Positions 43,344-53,428 of a stretch of 64,000 nucleotides of DNA are shown piece after piece. The notes below the pieces were generated by a model that did no database searches, had not been told where the DNA came from, and was given only the letters and a program-made list of their open reading frames with translations. Each line of letters starts with the position of its first letter. Position 1 is the first letter of the stretch. The position numbers and the translations under genes are program-made. Source of the DNA: Betaproteobacteria bacterium (lineage in GTDB: Bacteria; Bacillota; SHA-98; UBA4971). The DNA lies in the NCBI GenBank assembly GCA_050260395.1, contig JBLNCC010000076.1:26605-90604 (forward strand), written 5' to 3'.

Positions 43344-43766
43344 ATGGCGGCGGCAGTGAACCCGATCGTTCTAGGAATCCGGCTCGTAGTGGGCCTCGCT
43401 GTGGTCATCGCGCTCATATACCTCACCGGCCTGGCCCTGCGCTCTCTGCAGCAGCGGCGAATGGGCGTGCGCGGTCGTCCGGCCATGGAGCTGCGGGAAT
43501 CTCTGCCGCTCGGACCGGGCAAGGGGTTGCACCTCGTGCGGATCGGGAAGAGGCTGCTCGTGCTCGGTGCCACAGGCACGCAAATCTCGGTGGTGGCAGA
43601 GGTCGACGCGGGATCGCTGGAGGACGCGGGTCGAAAGGACCGCGCCTCGCAGGCCGACTCGAACGAGAGGCGCAGGTTCAACGAGATTCTCGAAGCCTAC
43701 AGGCGTCGTTTCGAAGGTGCAAGACCCCGAGGAGAGGACACGGATGACGAAGGTATCGACTTGTAG
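43344..43766 (+). CDS. fliO: Flagellar biosynthesis protein FliO/FliZ
   Basis: Single TM segment [19 protein letters not shown] followed by [38 protein letters not shown]. Confidence 0.8.
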   Translation: MAAAVNPIVLGIRLVVGLAVVIALIYLTGLALRSLQQRRMGVRGRPAMELRESLPLGPGKGLHLVRIGKRLLVLGATGTQISVVAEVDAGSLEDAGRKDRASQADSNERRRFNEILEAYRRRFEGARPRGEDTDDEGIDL

Positions 43767-44793
43767 CAAGACAAGCGCGCAAAGCTTGGATGGGCACACC
43801 CGCGGGGCGCGCCGCTACCGGGCAGGCAGAAGGCACGGCTCGTTGCGCCGCCCGGGTGCAGTTGCGCTCCGGGGGGCCGCCGCGCCCAAGAAGGGAGCGC
43901 TGACGCTTGTGCTGGTGCTGGGCGCGGCACTGGGCGCCGTTGTCCTTCTCGTCGCAGGGGCCGGATGCGTGTCCTTTGGTGAAGGGGTGGTCCACGCTGC
44001 GGAGGGGCCCGTTCAGGTCCTGGCGCAGGCTCTGCAAACTCCCAGTGAGCCGCAGGCGCAGACGGGGCCACGGGCGCCCGCGGCACCGGTCCCTTCGGTA
44101 GACGTCGGAGGCTTGCTGCCGCTCCCGCGAGTCGACATCGGAGTCGAGCCCGCGACGAGCCCGAAAGACGTGTCCAGCTCACTTCAGATCCTGGTGCTCT
44201 TGACGGTGCTTACTCTCGCGCCGGCCATTCTCATCATGCTCACCTCGTTCACGAGGATCGTCATCGTGCTTTCGTTTGTCAGGAGCGCCTTGGGATCGCA
44301 GCAGGTGCCACCGAACCAAGTCCTCATCGGTCTCGCGCTCTTTCTCACGTTCTTCGTCATGGCGCCCGCGCTGGGGACCGCCAACGAGCAGGCGCTTCAG
44401 CCCTACCTGCGCGGCGAGATCTCGCAGCAGGTCGCGCTCGATCGGGCGGCGGTGCCGTTTCGCGAGTTCATGCTGAAGCAGACGAGGGAGCAAGATCTCG
44501 CGCTCTTTACCACGCTGGCGAAGGCGAAAAGGCCGGCGAACCCGTCGGAAGTGCCGATGCTCGTGCTCATACCCGCGTTCACCATCAGCGAACTCAAGAC
44601 GGCGTTCGAGATCGGGTTTCTGATATACGTGCCGTTTCTGGTCATCGATATGGTGGTCGCGAGCGTCCTTATGTCCATGGGCATGTTGATGTTGCCGCCT
44701 GTGATGATCTCGCTGCCGTTCAAATTGTTGCTATTCGTGATGGTTGATGGATGGAACCTGGTCATCGGCTCGTTGTTGCGCAGCTTCCACTGA
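43744..44793 (+). CDS. fliP: Flagellar export apparatus protein FliP with ~125-aa N-terminal extension
   Basis: The conserved core is [40 protein letters not shown]...[12 protein letters not shown]. The ATG at 43744 lies within track ORF 43567..44793. Confidence 0.9.
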   Translation: MTKVSTCSKTSAQSLDGHTRGARRYRAGRRHGSLRRPGAVALRGAAAPKKGALTLVLVLGAALGAVVLLVAGAGCVSFGEGVVHAAEGPVQVLAQALQTPSEPQAQTGPRAPAAPVPSVDVGGLLPLPRVDIGVEPATSPKDVSSSLQILVLLTVLTLAPAILIMLTSFTRIVIVLSFVRSALGSQQVPPNQVLIGLALFLTFFVMAPALGTANEQALQPYLRGEISQQVALDRAAVPFREFMLKQTREQDLALFTTLAKAKRPANPSEVPMLVLIPAFTISELKTAFEIGFLIYVPFLVIDMVVASVLMSMGMLMLPPVMISLPFKLLLFVMVDGWNLVIGSLLRSFH

Positions 44794-44828
44794 GTGAGGA
44801 GTCAACGGGTTTTCGGGGGTGAGGGGAA

Positions 44829-45098
44829 GTGACGGAAGGAGTCATAGCGGGGATCGGTCAGCGCGCCATACTTGTGGCGCTGGAGGTGGCGGCGCCCGTG
44901 CTCGTGCTGGCGCTCGTGGCGGGCCTCGTCGTGAGCGTCTTCCAAGCGGTGACGCAGATCCAGGAGATGACCTTGGCTCTGGTGCCGAAGGTCCTCGCGG
45001 TCATCGTGGCGCTCGTGGTGTTTGGCCCGTGGATGATGCGCACGCTCGTGGAGTTCACGCGCGAGCTGTTCACCAACCTTCCCAATTACGTGCCGTGA
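44829..45098 (+). CDS. fliQ: Flagellar export apparatus protein FliQ
   Basis: 89 aa, with LVAGLVVSVFQAVTQIQEMTLALVPK. Confidence 0.93.
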   Translation: MTEGVIAGIGQRAILVALEVAAPVLVLALVAGLVVSVFQAVTQIQEMTLALVPKVLAVIVALVVFGPWMMRTLVEFTRELFTNLPNYVP

Positions 45099-45165
45099 GT
45101 GGGGCACCGAGGGGCAAGGCGCGGCCGTGGCCGTAGCGTTTGTTTGCTTGCGGAGGTGCGTGTTT

Positions 45166-45945
45166 GTGAGCGTCGTCGACGCGGCCGTTACCAACGTGCA
45201 AACATATCTCCTGGTGCTCGCGAGGATAGGCGGGGTCTTTGGGTTCGCGCCAGTCTTCGGGAGCCGTAACGTGCCGCTTCAGGTGAAAGCGGGCTTATCC
45301 GCGCTGTTTGCCCTGGTGACGTTCCCGTTGGTGCAAGCACCCGCGGCAGGCTATCCGGCGGACGTGGTCGCATACGCGGTATGCGTGGGCCGCGAGATCC
45401 TGGTCGGGGCAGTCACGGGCTACGTAGCATCGCTTGTTATGGTAGGAGTGCAGCTCGCCGGGCAGCTCGTAGACATCCAAGTCGGCTTCGGCCTCGTAAA
45501 CGTGGTGGATCCTGTGGCGAATACGCAGGTCACGGTCATGGGCCAGTTTCAGTACCTGCTCGCTATGTTGCTCTTTCTCGTGTTCAATGGCCACCACATG
45601 GTCCTGTCAGGGCTTGTGGAGAGCTACGCGGTCGTGCCCATCTCAGGCTTCACTCTCACGGCAAGACTCGAGGGCGGTGTGATCAGGCTCTTCTGTGACA
45701 CCTTGGTCGTGGCTCTCAAGATAGCAGCTCCGGTCACATGCACGCTGCTCCTGACAGACGTGGTCATGGCCATGCTCGCGAGGACCGTACCGCAGATGAA
45801 CATCTTCATCGTGGGCTTCCCGCTCAAAATCGGGGTGGGGCTGCTCACTCTGGTGGTTGCGCTGCCCCTCTTCGTCCTCGTCATGAGGGGCTCGTTCAGC
45901 GGGCTCGAACGGAGCATCCTCGCAGTGTTGGGAGGTGCGAAATAA
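45166..45945 (+). CDS. fliR: Flagellar export apparatus protein FliR
   Basis: YLLVLARIGGVFGFAPVFGSRNVP in a polytopic membrane protein. GTG 45166 follows GGAGGTG; the track start is 45127. Confidence 0.9.
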   Translation: MSVVDAAVTNVQTYLLVLARIGGVFGFAPVFGSRNVPLQVKAGLSALFALVTFPLVQAPAAGYPADVVAYAVCVGREILVGAVTGYVASLVMVGVQLAGQLVDIQVGFGLVNVVDPVANTQVTVMGQFQYLLAMLLFLVFNGHHMVLSGLVESYAVVPISGFTLTARLEGGVIRLFCDTLVVALKIAAPVTCTLLLTDVVMAMLARTVPQMNIFIVGFPLKIGVGLLTLVVALPLFVLVMRGSFSGLERSILAVLGGAK

Positions 45946-45948
45946 GCG

Positions 45949-47028
45949 GTGCCACGCGATGACCGCACGGAGGCCGCAACGCCAAGACGGCGCCAGGAGG
46001 CGCGAAAACACGGACAGGTGGCGAGGAGCGTCGAAGTGAACTCCGTGGCGATTCTCCTCGCAACGCTCGGGGTCCTCGGCGCGTCGGGAGGGGCCATCTA
46101 CACCGGGCTCGGAGGCTTCATGAGGCAGCTTCTCGGCGATACGCTGGCACACCCGGATGTCTCCGAGGAGGGTCTTCACGTGCTTGCACTGAACGTCCTC
46201 CTGACCATCGGGAAGGCCGCTGGGCCCGCCATCGCCACCGGCTTCGTGGTCGGACTCGTTGCGAACCTGGCTCAGGTCGGGTTGGTCTTGTCCCTGGAGC
46301 CGCTTGCCCCGCGGCTCTCGCGGCTCGACCCGGCCGCGGGAATGGCCCGGATTTTCTCGGGGCGGGCGCTCGCGGAACTCGTCAAGTCATGCGCCAAGAT
46401 GCTCATCGTCGGGTACTACGGCTACGTGACGCTGCGGCAGGACTATCCCACGCTTGTCGCCACCGGAGCCATGGAGCCCGGCCAGATACTCGTGACCGTG
46501 GGCAACCTCGCTTTCAAGCTCGGCCTTCGTGTGGCGGTGGCGCTCGCGGTGCTGGCCGCGCTCGACTACATCTACCAAAGATGGGAGTTCGAGAAAAGCA
46601 TCAGGATGACGAAGCAGGAGGTAAAAGAGGAGTTGCGGCAGACCGAAGGCGACCCGTTGCTGAGGGCGCGGATCCGCGCGCGGCAGCGCCAGATCGCGAC
46701 ACACAGAATGATGCAGGAGGTGCCGAAGGCGGACGTCGTGGTCACGAACCCGGTGCGACTCGCCGTGGCGCTGAGGTACGACCCCGGCACGATGAAGGCG
46801 CCGAAAGTCGTGGCCAAGGGCGCGAGACTGATTGCCCAGAGGATCCGGGACATCGCGGCCGCCAACGGCGTGCCGGTCGTGGAGAACAAGCCCCTTGCGC
46901 AGGCATTGTATAAGGCCGTGGACGTCGGCAAGGAGATCCCTGCGCATCTCTACAAGGCGGTCGCCGAGATCCTCGCGTACGTTTATTACCTCAACAAGAG
47001 AGCCGGGCGCGCGGGAAGCTGGAGGTGA
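45949..47028 (+). CDS. flhB: Flagellar export switch protein FlhB
   Basis: DRTEAATPRRRQEARKHGQVARSVEV and the autocleavage site context VVTNPVRLAVALRY (NPxH variant region). Confidence 0.94.
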   Translation: MPRDDRTEAATPRRRQEARKHGQVARSVEVNSVAILLATLGVLGASGGAIYTGLGGFMRQLLGDTLAHPDVSEEGLHVLALNVLLTIGKAAGPAIATGFVVGLVANLAQVGLVLSLEPLAPRLSRLDPAAGMARIFSGRALAELVKSCAKMLIVGYYGYVTLRQDYPTLVATGAMEPGQILVTVGNLAFKLGLRVAVALAVLAALDYIYQRWEFEKSIRMTKQEVKEELRQTEGDPLLRARIRARQRQIATHRMMQEVPKADVVVTNPVRLAVALRYDPGTMKAPKVVAKGARLIAQRIRDIAAANGVPVVENKPLAQALYKAVDVGKEIPAHLYKAVAEILAYVYYLNKRAGRAGSWR

Positions 47029-47067
47029 CAGCGTTAAGTGTCGGTAGGCCGGGTTGAGGGCGTGAGC

Positions 47068-49125
47068 ATGAATAGGCTGTCGAAACACAGCGACGTGTTG
47101 GTGGCGGTGGCCGTGGTCGTCATCCTCGTGATGATGATAGTGCCGGTGCCCACGTTCGTCCTTGACGTGCTTCTCACGTTCAACATCACGTTTTCCCTCG
47201 TGGTGCTCTTGCTCACCATGTACACCCGCGACGCCCTTGACTTCTCTTCGTTTCCGTCGCTTCTCCTTGTCGCCACGCTCTTCCGCCTTGCGCTCAACGT
47301 TTCGTCGACCCGCCTGATCCTGCTTCACGGGTATGCCGGCAGAGTCATCGAGGCGTTCGGCAATTTCGTCGTCGGCGGCAACTACGTGGTGGGCATGGTC
47401 GTCTTCATAATCCTCGTGATCATCCAGTTCGTGGTCATCACGAACGGCGCGGGCCGCGTCGCCGAGGTAGCCGCGAGGTTTACCTTGGACGCCATGCCGG
47501 GCAAGCAGATGTCCATCGATGCGGACCTCAACGCCGGCCTCATCGACGAGCAGACCGCGAGGGCCAGGAGGCGGGCGATCGAGCTCGAGGCCGACTTCTA
47601 CGGCGCCATGGACGGCGCGAGCAAGTTCGTGCGGGGCGACGCCATCGCTAGCGTTATAATCACCCTCGTTAACATCATCGGCGGCATCATAATCGGCATG
47701 GTCCAGCTAGGCATGCCGGTGATGCAGGCGCTTCAGACCTTCGCCCTCCTCACCGTGGGTGATGGCCTCGTGTCGCAGATCCCGGCGCTCCTCATCTCCA
47801 CGGCCACAGGCATCATTGTGACCCGCGCTGCGGCGCAATCGAATTTCGGCCAGGAGGTTGCGACCCAGCTTCTCGCGCAACCGAGGGCCGTGGCCATCGC
47901 CGCGGGCATGTTGGTGCTGTTCGGCATAGTGCCAGGCCTTCCGAAAGTGCCGTTCTTCTTGATAGCGGCCGCGGCGGGCGCGCTTTCGTACGCGATGGCT
48001 GGCGCGGAGCGTGCGCGGGCGAAAGCCGAGGCGGAGGAGGCCGAAAAGACCCCGCCTGCGCCTAAACAGCCTGAAAACGTCATGTCCCTCCTGGCGGTGG
48101 ATCCCCTCGAGCTCGAGATCGGGTACGGCCTCGTTTCCCTCGCCGACGAAAGCCAGGGTGGAAACCTGCTCGAGCGGGTCACGATGGTGAGGCGCCAAGT
48201 CGCGGTGGATCTGGGACTCGTGCTGCCCCACATTCGCATCAGAGACAACATCCAGCTCCGGCCCACGGGGTACGCCATCAAGATCCGCGGTGTAGAGGTG
48301 GCGCGGGGCGAGGTCATGATGGGGTATTACCTTGCCATGAATCCCGGAATCGTGGTGGAGCCGGTATCAGGCATCGAGACGACCGAGCCCGCTTTCGGGC
48401 TTCCCGCGCTTTGGATACCTGAGCAAGACAAGGAGAGGGCCGAGATGGCGGGCTACACGGTGGTCGACCCCACATCCGTCATCGTGACCCACCTTACAGA
48501 GGTCATCAGGAGGCATGCCGCGGAGATCCTCAGCAGGCAGGATACGGCGAACCTCATAGACAACGTGAAGAAAACGGAGCCGGCCGTGGTCGAGGAGCTC
48601 ATTCCCAGCCTCATGACGGTGGGCGAGGTCCAAAAGGTGCTCCAAAACCTCCTTCGGGAGGGGGTGCCGATCCGGAACGTGGCCACGATTCTCGAGGCAT
48701 TGGGCGACCACGCGCGGGAGACGCGCGATGTGGATGTCCTCACGGAACACGCAAGAGCGGCCCTGGCCCGGGTGATATGCAGGCAGTATCGCAACGCCGA
48801 CGGAGAGCTTGTGGTGTCCACGGTCGATCCGGAGGTCGAGGAGGAAATAGCGAGGTCTATCGAGGGGCGCGGCGCAGGCGCGGGCGAGCCGCCGGCGCTC
48901 GAGCCCGGGCTTGTGCAATCCATCGTTCGGGCCGCCTCTCGCGCGGTGGAGAAGATGGCGACCGAGGGATACCAGCCGATACTTCTTACGCGTCCAGGGG
49001 TGCGCCCGTACCTGAAGAGGATCGTGGAAAGGGTGCTGCCGGACGTGGCGGTTCTCTCCTATAACGAGATCACCAGGGACCAAAAGGTTAGGTCTGTCGG
49101 GACGGTGAGCCTGAATGAGAATTAA
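47068..49125 (+). CDS. flhA: Flagellar export gate protein FlhA
   Basis: FVVITNGAGRVAEVAARFTLDAMPGKQMSIDADL and VRGDAIASVIITLVNIIGG. The ATG at 47068 lies within track ORF 47038..49125. Confidence 0.96.
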   Translation: MNRLSKHSDVLVAVAVVVILVMMIVPVPTFVLDVLLTFNITFSLVVLLLTMYTRDALDFSSFPSLLLVATLFRLALNVSSTRLILLHGYAGRVIEAFGNFVVGGNYVVGMVVFIILVIIQFVVITNGAGRVAEVAARFTLDAMPGKQMSIDADLNAGLIDEQTARARRRAIELEADFYGAMDGASKFVRGDAIASVIITLVNIIGGIIIGMVQLGMPVMQALQTFALLTVGDGLVSQIPALLISTATGIIVTRAAAQSNFGQEVATQLLAQPRAVAIAAGMLVLFGIVPGLPKVPFFLIAAAAGALSYAMAGAERARAKAEAEEAEKTPPAPKQPENVMSLLAVDPLELEIGYGLVSLADESQGGNLLERVTMVRRQVAVDLGLVLPHIRIRDNIQLRPTGYAIKIRGVEVARGEVMMGYYLAMNPGIVVEPVSGIETTEPAFGLPALWIPEQDKERAEMAGYTVVDPTSVIVTHLTEVIRRHAAEILSRQDTANLIDNVKKTEPAVVEELIPSLMTVGEVQKVLQNLLREGVPIRNVATILEALGDHARETRDVDVLTEHARAALARVICRQYRNADGELVVSTVDPEVEEEIARSIEGRGAGAGEPPALEPGLVQSIVRAASRAVEKMATEGYQPILLTRPGVRPYLKRIVERVLPDVAVLSYNEITRDQKVRSVGTVSLNEN

Positions 49126-50518
49126 ACGGTACGTGGCCCGCACGATACAGGAAGCACTCGACACCGTGCGCGAGGACCTTGGGCCCGACGCGGTGATACT
49201 CCATACCCGGAAGGCTCGCAGAGGGAAGCTCGCGGGGCTCTTTGGCGGGGAGCGGTTCGAGGTCATCGCGGCGCTCGATGTGAACGTGCCCGAAGCGGGC
49301 GGGGTGGGGGGAAGAGGCCGCGCGAGCACTGCGACCGGAAACGGACTCGGAACCGGCACTGGCGCTGCCGTCCAGGCATACGCGCGTGCCATGCCTGCGC
49401 GCGGCGACGCGGCGGCCGGAGAGCGGCGCGCGGTGCGCGCGGCGGGTCCAGGGCGTGCGATCACGATGTGCCATCCGGCCGGTGGCGGCGGCGACAGGGG
49501 CTGGGCGGAGCTGGCCGCGGCCGGCGGCGCGCTCCGCGGCGCAGACCTCGCCGGCGAGCAGGAGAGCGCCGACGCGGGATTGCCCCAGCTCCGGCCTGAG
49601 GTACAGCCTGCACCGGCTGCCGCCGTTGCCGCCGGGCGAGCCTACGAGAGCACGCCCGCGGCACGCCTCGTGGAAATCCACGAACGCCTCCTCGACATGG
49701 ACGTTGACCCTGACCTCGCGCAGGCACTCATTCAGGCCGCGAAAATGAAATGGCGTGAGGCGCAGGTGGCGGGAAAGTCCCCGTACGAGCTTGTACAGGA
49801 CCTAATCACCGCCACGCTTCCGGTGGCGGGGGGAGTCGCGCTCGCCTCCGGATCGCGCAAGGTGATCGCCCTGGTCGGGCCCACGGGTGTGGGCAAGACC
49901 ACGACCCTCGCGAAGATAGCAGCGCTCACCGCGCTCTTCGGGAAGAAGAAAGTGGCGTTCGTCACGGCCGACACATACAGAATAGCTGCGGTCGAGCAAC
50001 TCCGCACGTACGCGGAGATAATCGGGGTGCCGTGCGAGGTGGTATACACGCCCGCCGAGATGCGCCAGGCTCTCGCGTCCCACGAAGGGTGCGACCTCGT
50101 GCTCATCGATACGGCCGGGAGAAGCCCGAGGAGCGGCATGCACATGGCGGAACTTCGGGCGTTTCTCGAGGCCGCGCAGGTGGACGAGACGCATCTCGTT
50201 CTCAGCATGACCACGAGGCCCCGTGACCTTCTCGACATAGTGGAAAGGTTCAGCCCGTGCGGCGTCAACAGGCTCATTTTCTCCAAGCTCGACGAGACCT
50301 CGCGGCTTGGCCCAATACTCGGCGTGACGAGCGCCGTAAAGGTGCCGATCTCATACGTGACTTACGGGCAGAACGTGCCGGAGGACATCGAGGTGGCCGA
50401 CGCCTTCAGGCTGGCGAAGTGGATCCTCAGCGGCGGAGTAGAGGACGCTGAGGCGGACGGCGAAATGGCGGTGAAGACCGGCGGCGGAGATAGACTCAAG
50501 GGAACGGGTGGGAGATGA
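49115..50518 (+). CDS. flhF: Flagellar SRP-type GTPase FlhF
   Basis: N-terminal MRIKRYVARTIQEALDTVREDLGPDAVIL, the G1 motif LVGPTGVGKTTTLAKIA, and DTAGRS. A low-complexity Ala/Gly/Arg-rich linker separates the domains. Confidence 0.93.
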   Translation: MRIKRYVARTIQEALDTVREDLGPDAVILHTRKARRGKLAGLFGGERFEVIAALDVNVPEAGGVGGRGRASTATGNGLGTGTGAAVQAYARAMPARGDAAAGERRAVRAAGPGRAITMCHPAGGGGDRGWAELAAAGGALRGADLAGEQESADAGLPQLRPEVQPAPAAAVAAGRAYESTPAARLVEIHERLLDMDVDPDLAQALIQAAKMKWREAQVAGKSPYELVQDLITATLPVAGGVALASGSRKVIALVGPTGVGKTTTLAKIAALTALFGKKKVAFVTADTYRIAAVEQLRTYAEIIGVPCEVVYTPAEMRQALASHEGCDLVLIDTAGRSPRSGMHMAELRAFLEAAQVDETHLVLSMTTRPRDLLDIVERFSPCGVNRLIFSKLDETSRLGPILGVTSAVKVPISYVTYGQNVPEDIEVADAFRLAKWILSGGVEDAEADGEMAVKTGGGDRLKGTGGR

Positions 50519-50519
50519 C

Positions 50520-51446
50520 ATGAACGACCAGGCGAGCGGCCTTCGCAGCATGACACGGGATGGAGCGCGGAACGGAGGCTTCGTGCCCGGGAACCCGGGC
50601 TGGGACGGCGCGTGGGATGACATGGCCCCGCGGCCGCGGGTCATCGCGGTCACGAGCGGCAAGGGCGGGGTCGGCAAGACGAGCATAGTGCTCAACACGT
50701 CAATCGCCCTCGCTTCGGGAGGCGCGAGGGTAGTTGTCCTTGATGCGGACCTGGGTCTTGGCAACATCGACGTCATGCTCGGCATCGTCCCCAGATACAA
50801 CCTGGCCCACGTAGCTGCCGGAGAGGTGAGCCTCGCCGACATCGAGGTGTCGGGTCCGGCAGGGGTAAGGATAATCCCGTGCGGGTCGGGAGCGACTTCT
50901 CTCCTGCGCCTGCCTGAGTCGGAGCGGGCGGTGCTGGTCTCCGCGCTTGCCGCTCTCGAGAACGAAGCGGACTTCATCATCGTCGATACAGGGGCTGGGC
51001 TTTCGTCAGGTGTGGTGGGGTTTCTCGCGGCTGTCGAGGAGGTCGTCGTGGTGACAACGCCCGAACCGACCTCCATCGCTGATGCGTACGCCACTATCAA
51101 AGTGGTGTCCTATGAAAACCCCGCGGCGCCGGTGATGCTCATAGTGAATATGGCGAGGGATCTGAAGGAAGCGGAAGACGCGGCCGAGAAGATAACCCTC
51201 GTCGCTGGGCGGTTTCTTTCGGTCGACCTCAAGCTTCTGGGATTCGTGCCGCGCGACCCGCTCGTAGCTAAGGCGGTGATGCAGCAGGCGCCATTTGTGG
51301 TGAGGTATCCGTCGAGCCCTGCTTCACGCGCCGTTGGCGAGATCGCGGAGAGGCTGCAAGCGAGGCGCCGGGAAGGCACATCGCTTCGGGGCTTCGCTGG
51401 CCATGGTCTTGCGGGATTTCTCGGGAGGATCGCTGCACGCTCATAA
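50520..51446 (+). CDS. flhG: MinD-type ATPase FlhG (YlxH)
   Basis: N-terminal activator helix MNDQASGLR (DQAxxLR) and the deviant Walker A motif TSGKGGVGKTS. The track start is 50508. Confidence 0.9.
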   Translation: MNDQASGLRSMTRDGARNGGFVPGNPGWDGAWDDMAPRPRVIAVTSGKGGVGKTSIVLNTSIALASGGARVVVLDADLGLGNIDVMLGIVPRYNLAHVAAGEVSLADIEVSGPAGVRIIPCGSGATSLLRLPESERAVLVSALAALENEADFIIVDTGAGLSSGVVGFLAAVEEVVVVTTPEPTSIADAYATIKVVSYENPAAPVMLIVNMARDLKEAEDAAEKITLVAGRFLSVDLKLLGFVPRDPLVAKAVMQQAPFVVRYPSSPASRAVGEIAERLQARRREGTSLRGFAGHGLAGFLGRIAARS

Positions 51447-51454
51447 ACCTCGCC

Positions 51455-52192
51455 GTGACGGCAGCGCGCTCGTACGGCTTGTTACAGCGGCGAGAGGATG
51501 AGCCCGGGAGGATAACCGTCGTGGAAGTCGAGGACGTGCTCAGGGTGAACCAGAAGATCACCCTCGTTGTGCTCGAGGGACGCAACGCAGGCAGTTACCC
51601 AAGCCGGGTGGAAGACATCGGGCTTGACGCGGTGATCGTGGCGGCGCCCACGCACAGGGGCGCGGTGCTCAGGCTTGGCGAGGGGGACCCCGTACGTATC
51701 CAGCTGGTGAGGCAGGACGGGGTGTACAAGCTGGACACTGTTGTGGAGTCCGTGATCGTGTATCCGTTTCCAATGCTGCAGTTGGCAAGGCCCACGGAGG
51801 TCGTCCGCGACCAGAGACGGCGGTACGCGCGGGTTAACGTGTTGCTTCCGGCGCGGTACCGGTGTCTTGACCGCAAGGGCAAGGCCAAGGGGCGGCTTGT
51901 TCCGCACAAGGGAACGGTCACGAACGTGTCCGGGGGCGGCGCGCTCATCGTGACTTGGCAGTCCAGGCCCGAGTTGGAGATCGGCTCCGAAGTCGATGTG
52001 GAGCTGGAGCTTCCGTGCGGCAAGTTCTCCGTCAAAGGCGTGGTGGTGAGGTTGTCGACCGGACAGACCGAGAACGGCAGGGTCCAAGAGATAGCAGTGG
52101 AGTTTAAGGAGATCGACGAGCGGCAGCGGGACATGCTGGCGAAGTATGTGTTGCAGCGGCAAATCGAACTCCGCCGCAAGGGGTTGCTGTAA
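51455..52192 (+). CDS. YcgR-like PilZ-domain protein (c-di-GMP flagellar brake candidate)
   Basis: The PilZ motifs are RRRYARV (RxxxR) and TVTNVSGGGALI (D/NxSxxG). The N-terminal half is a YcgR_2-like beta-barrel. Confidence 0.8.
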   Translation: MTAARSYGLLQRREDEPGRITVVEVEDVLRVNQKITLVVLEGRNAGSYPSRVEDIGLDAVIVAAPTHRGAVLRLGEGDPVRIQLVRQDGVYKLDTVVESVIVYPFPMLQLARPTEVVRDQRRRYARVNVLLPARYRCLDRKGKAKGRLVPHKGTVTNVSGGGALIVTWQSRPELEIGSEVDVELELPCGKFSVKGVVVRLSTGQTENGRVQEIAVEFKEIDERQRDMLAKYVLQRQIELRRKGLL

Positions 52193-52196
52193 CGCC

Positions 52197-52982
52197 GTGG
52201 CTATCGAGGAACTATGGGATAGGTATAAGTCGGGGGGGGACCCCGGAGCCAAAGACGAACTCATCGCCCGTTACCTGCCGATGGTTCCGGTGCTCGCCGG
52301 AAGGATGGCGATGAAGCTTTCGGCGGTGGTCGGATACGAGGATCTGGTGGGGTGGGGTGTCATCGGGCTCATCGAGGCCCTTGAGAAGTTCGATCCCGGC
52401 AGGGGCGTGAAGTTCGAGACCTACGCGACGACGCGCATCAAGGGCGCCATGGCCGACGGCATGAGGGAAGCGGACTGGGTCCCGAGGTCTGTGCGTCAGA
52501 ACGCCAGGCGAATCGCGCGAGCGTACGCAGCCCTCGAAAGGCGGCTCGGACGGCCTGCCACCGATGAGGAGGCCGCGGCGCAACTCCGTGTGAGTCTGGG
52601 AGAGTTCCAGAGGATGGTAGCGGACGCCTCGCGCGGCGCCGTGCTCTCCCTTGATGAGATGATACAGATGAGCGAGGACGGGCGCCACGTTACCCTGCTG
52701 GACGCCATCCCGGACCTGGAAAGCCCCGACCCGCTGGCCGTGTGTGAGGTCGAGGACCTCAAGGCGCGGCTCGCTAAGGCTATCGAGGAGCTGCCCGAGC
52801 GCGAGAAGCTCGTAGTGACCCTGCACTACTACGATGAGCTGACCGTGAGGGAGATAGCGGAGATACTGGGGGTTTCGGAGGGGCGAGTCTCGCAACTCCA
52901 TACCCGCGCGGTGTTAAGGCTCAGGTCGAGGTTGTTGCCGGATGAGGTGGGCAATGTGAAGGCTGCGCGCAGGGCCGAATGA
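52197..52982 (+). CDS. sigD: Flagellar sigma factor SigD/FliA (sigma-28)
   Basis: Region 2 is LVGWGVIGLIEALEKFDPGRGVKFETYATTRIKGAM. Region 4 is LTVREIAEILGVSEGRVSQLHTRAV. The GTG at 52197 lies within track ORF 52146..52982. Confidence 0.93.
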   Translation: MAIEELWDRYKSGGDPGAKDELIARYLPMVPVLAGRMAMKLSAVVGYEDLVGWGVIGLIEALEKFDPGRGVKFETYATTRIKGAMADGMREADWVPRSVRQNARRIARAYAALERRLGRPATDEEAAAQLRVSLGEFQRMVADASRGAVLSLDEMIQMSEDGRHVTLLDAIPDLESPDPLAVCEVEDLKARLAKAIEELPEREKLVVTLHYYDELTVREIAEILGVSEGRVSQLHTRAVLRLRSRLLPDEVGNVKAARRAE

Positions 52983-53032
52983 AGGCATACTGTGAGTTTG
53001 CCACGACGTCGCGACCGAGGGGAGTGACGAAG

Positions 53033-53425
53033 ATGTCCGTGCGTTCCGTTGACGTCCAGAACGCTGTGGCCCGGGCTACGGAGGCCGAACGGGTCCAGCG
53101 AGTCCAGAACGAGGCGGGTGCCACGGGGCAGCAGGCGTTTGCGGCGGAGCTTTCGAAGCGCGCCGAGGAGAGGTCAACACAGGTGACGTCGTCGCCCAAG
53201 GCGGAAGACGAGGTGATCCGGGACGAGAAGGAGCGGCGCCGCAAGGGTTCAGGCGAAGCCGGTTCCGGGCAGGCACGGGCACGCGGGGGGCGTGGTGCCG
53301 GAGGCGGCGCGCCGGATGGGGCGTCCGGAGCCGGCGCGGCCGAAACTCCTGCGGCTGGAAGCGGCCCGGCCGGGACGGTCGGCGAATCCCCGCTGCCCGG
53401 GCGCATAATCGATGTGGAGGTCTAG
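53033..53425 (+). CDS. Hypothetical protein downstream of sigD (charged N-terminal half, Gly/Ala-rich C-terminal half)
   Basis: MSVRSVDVQNAVARATEAERVQRVQNEAGATGQQAFAAELSKRAEERS... ATG 53033 follows GAGGGGAG. An alternative ATG at 52979 overlaps the sigD stop (ATGA). I recognise no family. Confidence 0.5.
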   Translation: MSVRSVDVQNAVARATEAERVQRVQNEAGATGQQAFAAELSKRAEERSTQVTSSPKAEDEVIRDEKERRRKGSGEAGSGQARARGGRGAGGGAPDGASGAGAAETPAAGSGPAGTVGESPLPGRIIDVEV

Positions 53426-53428
53426 AGC

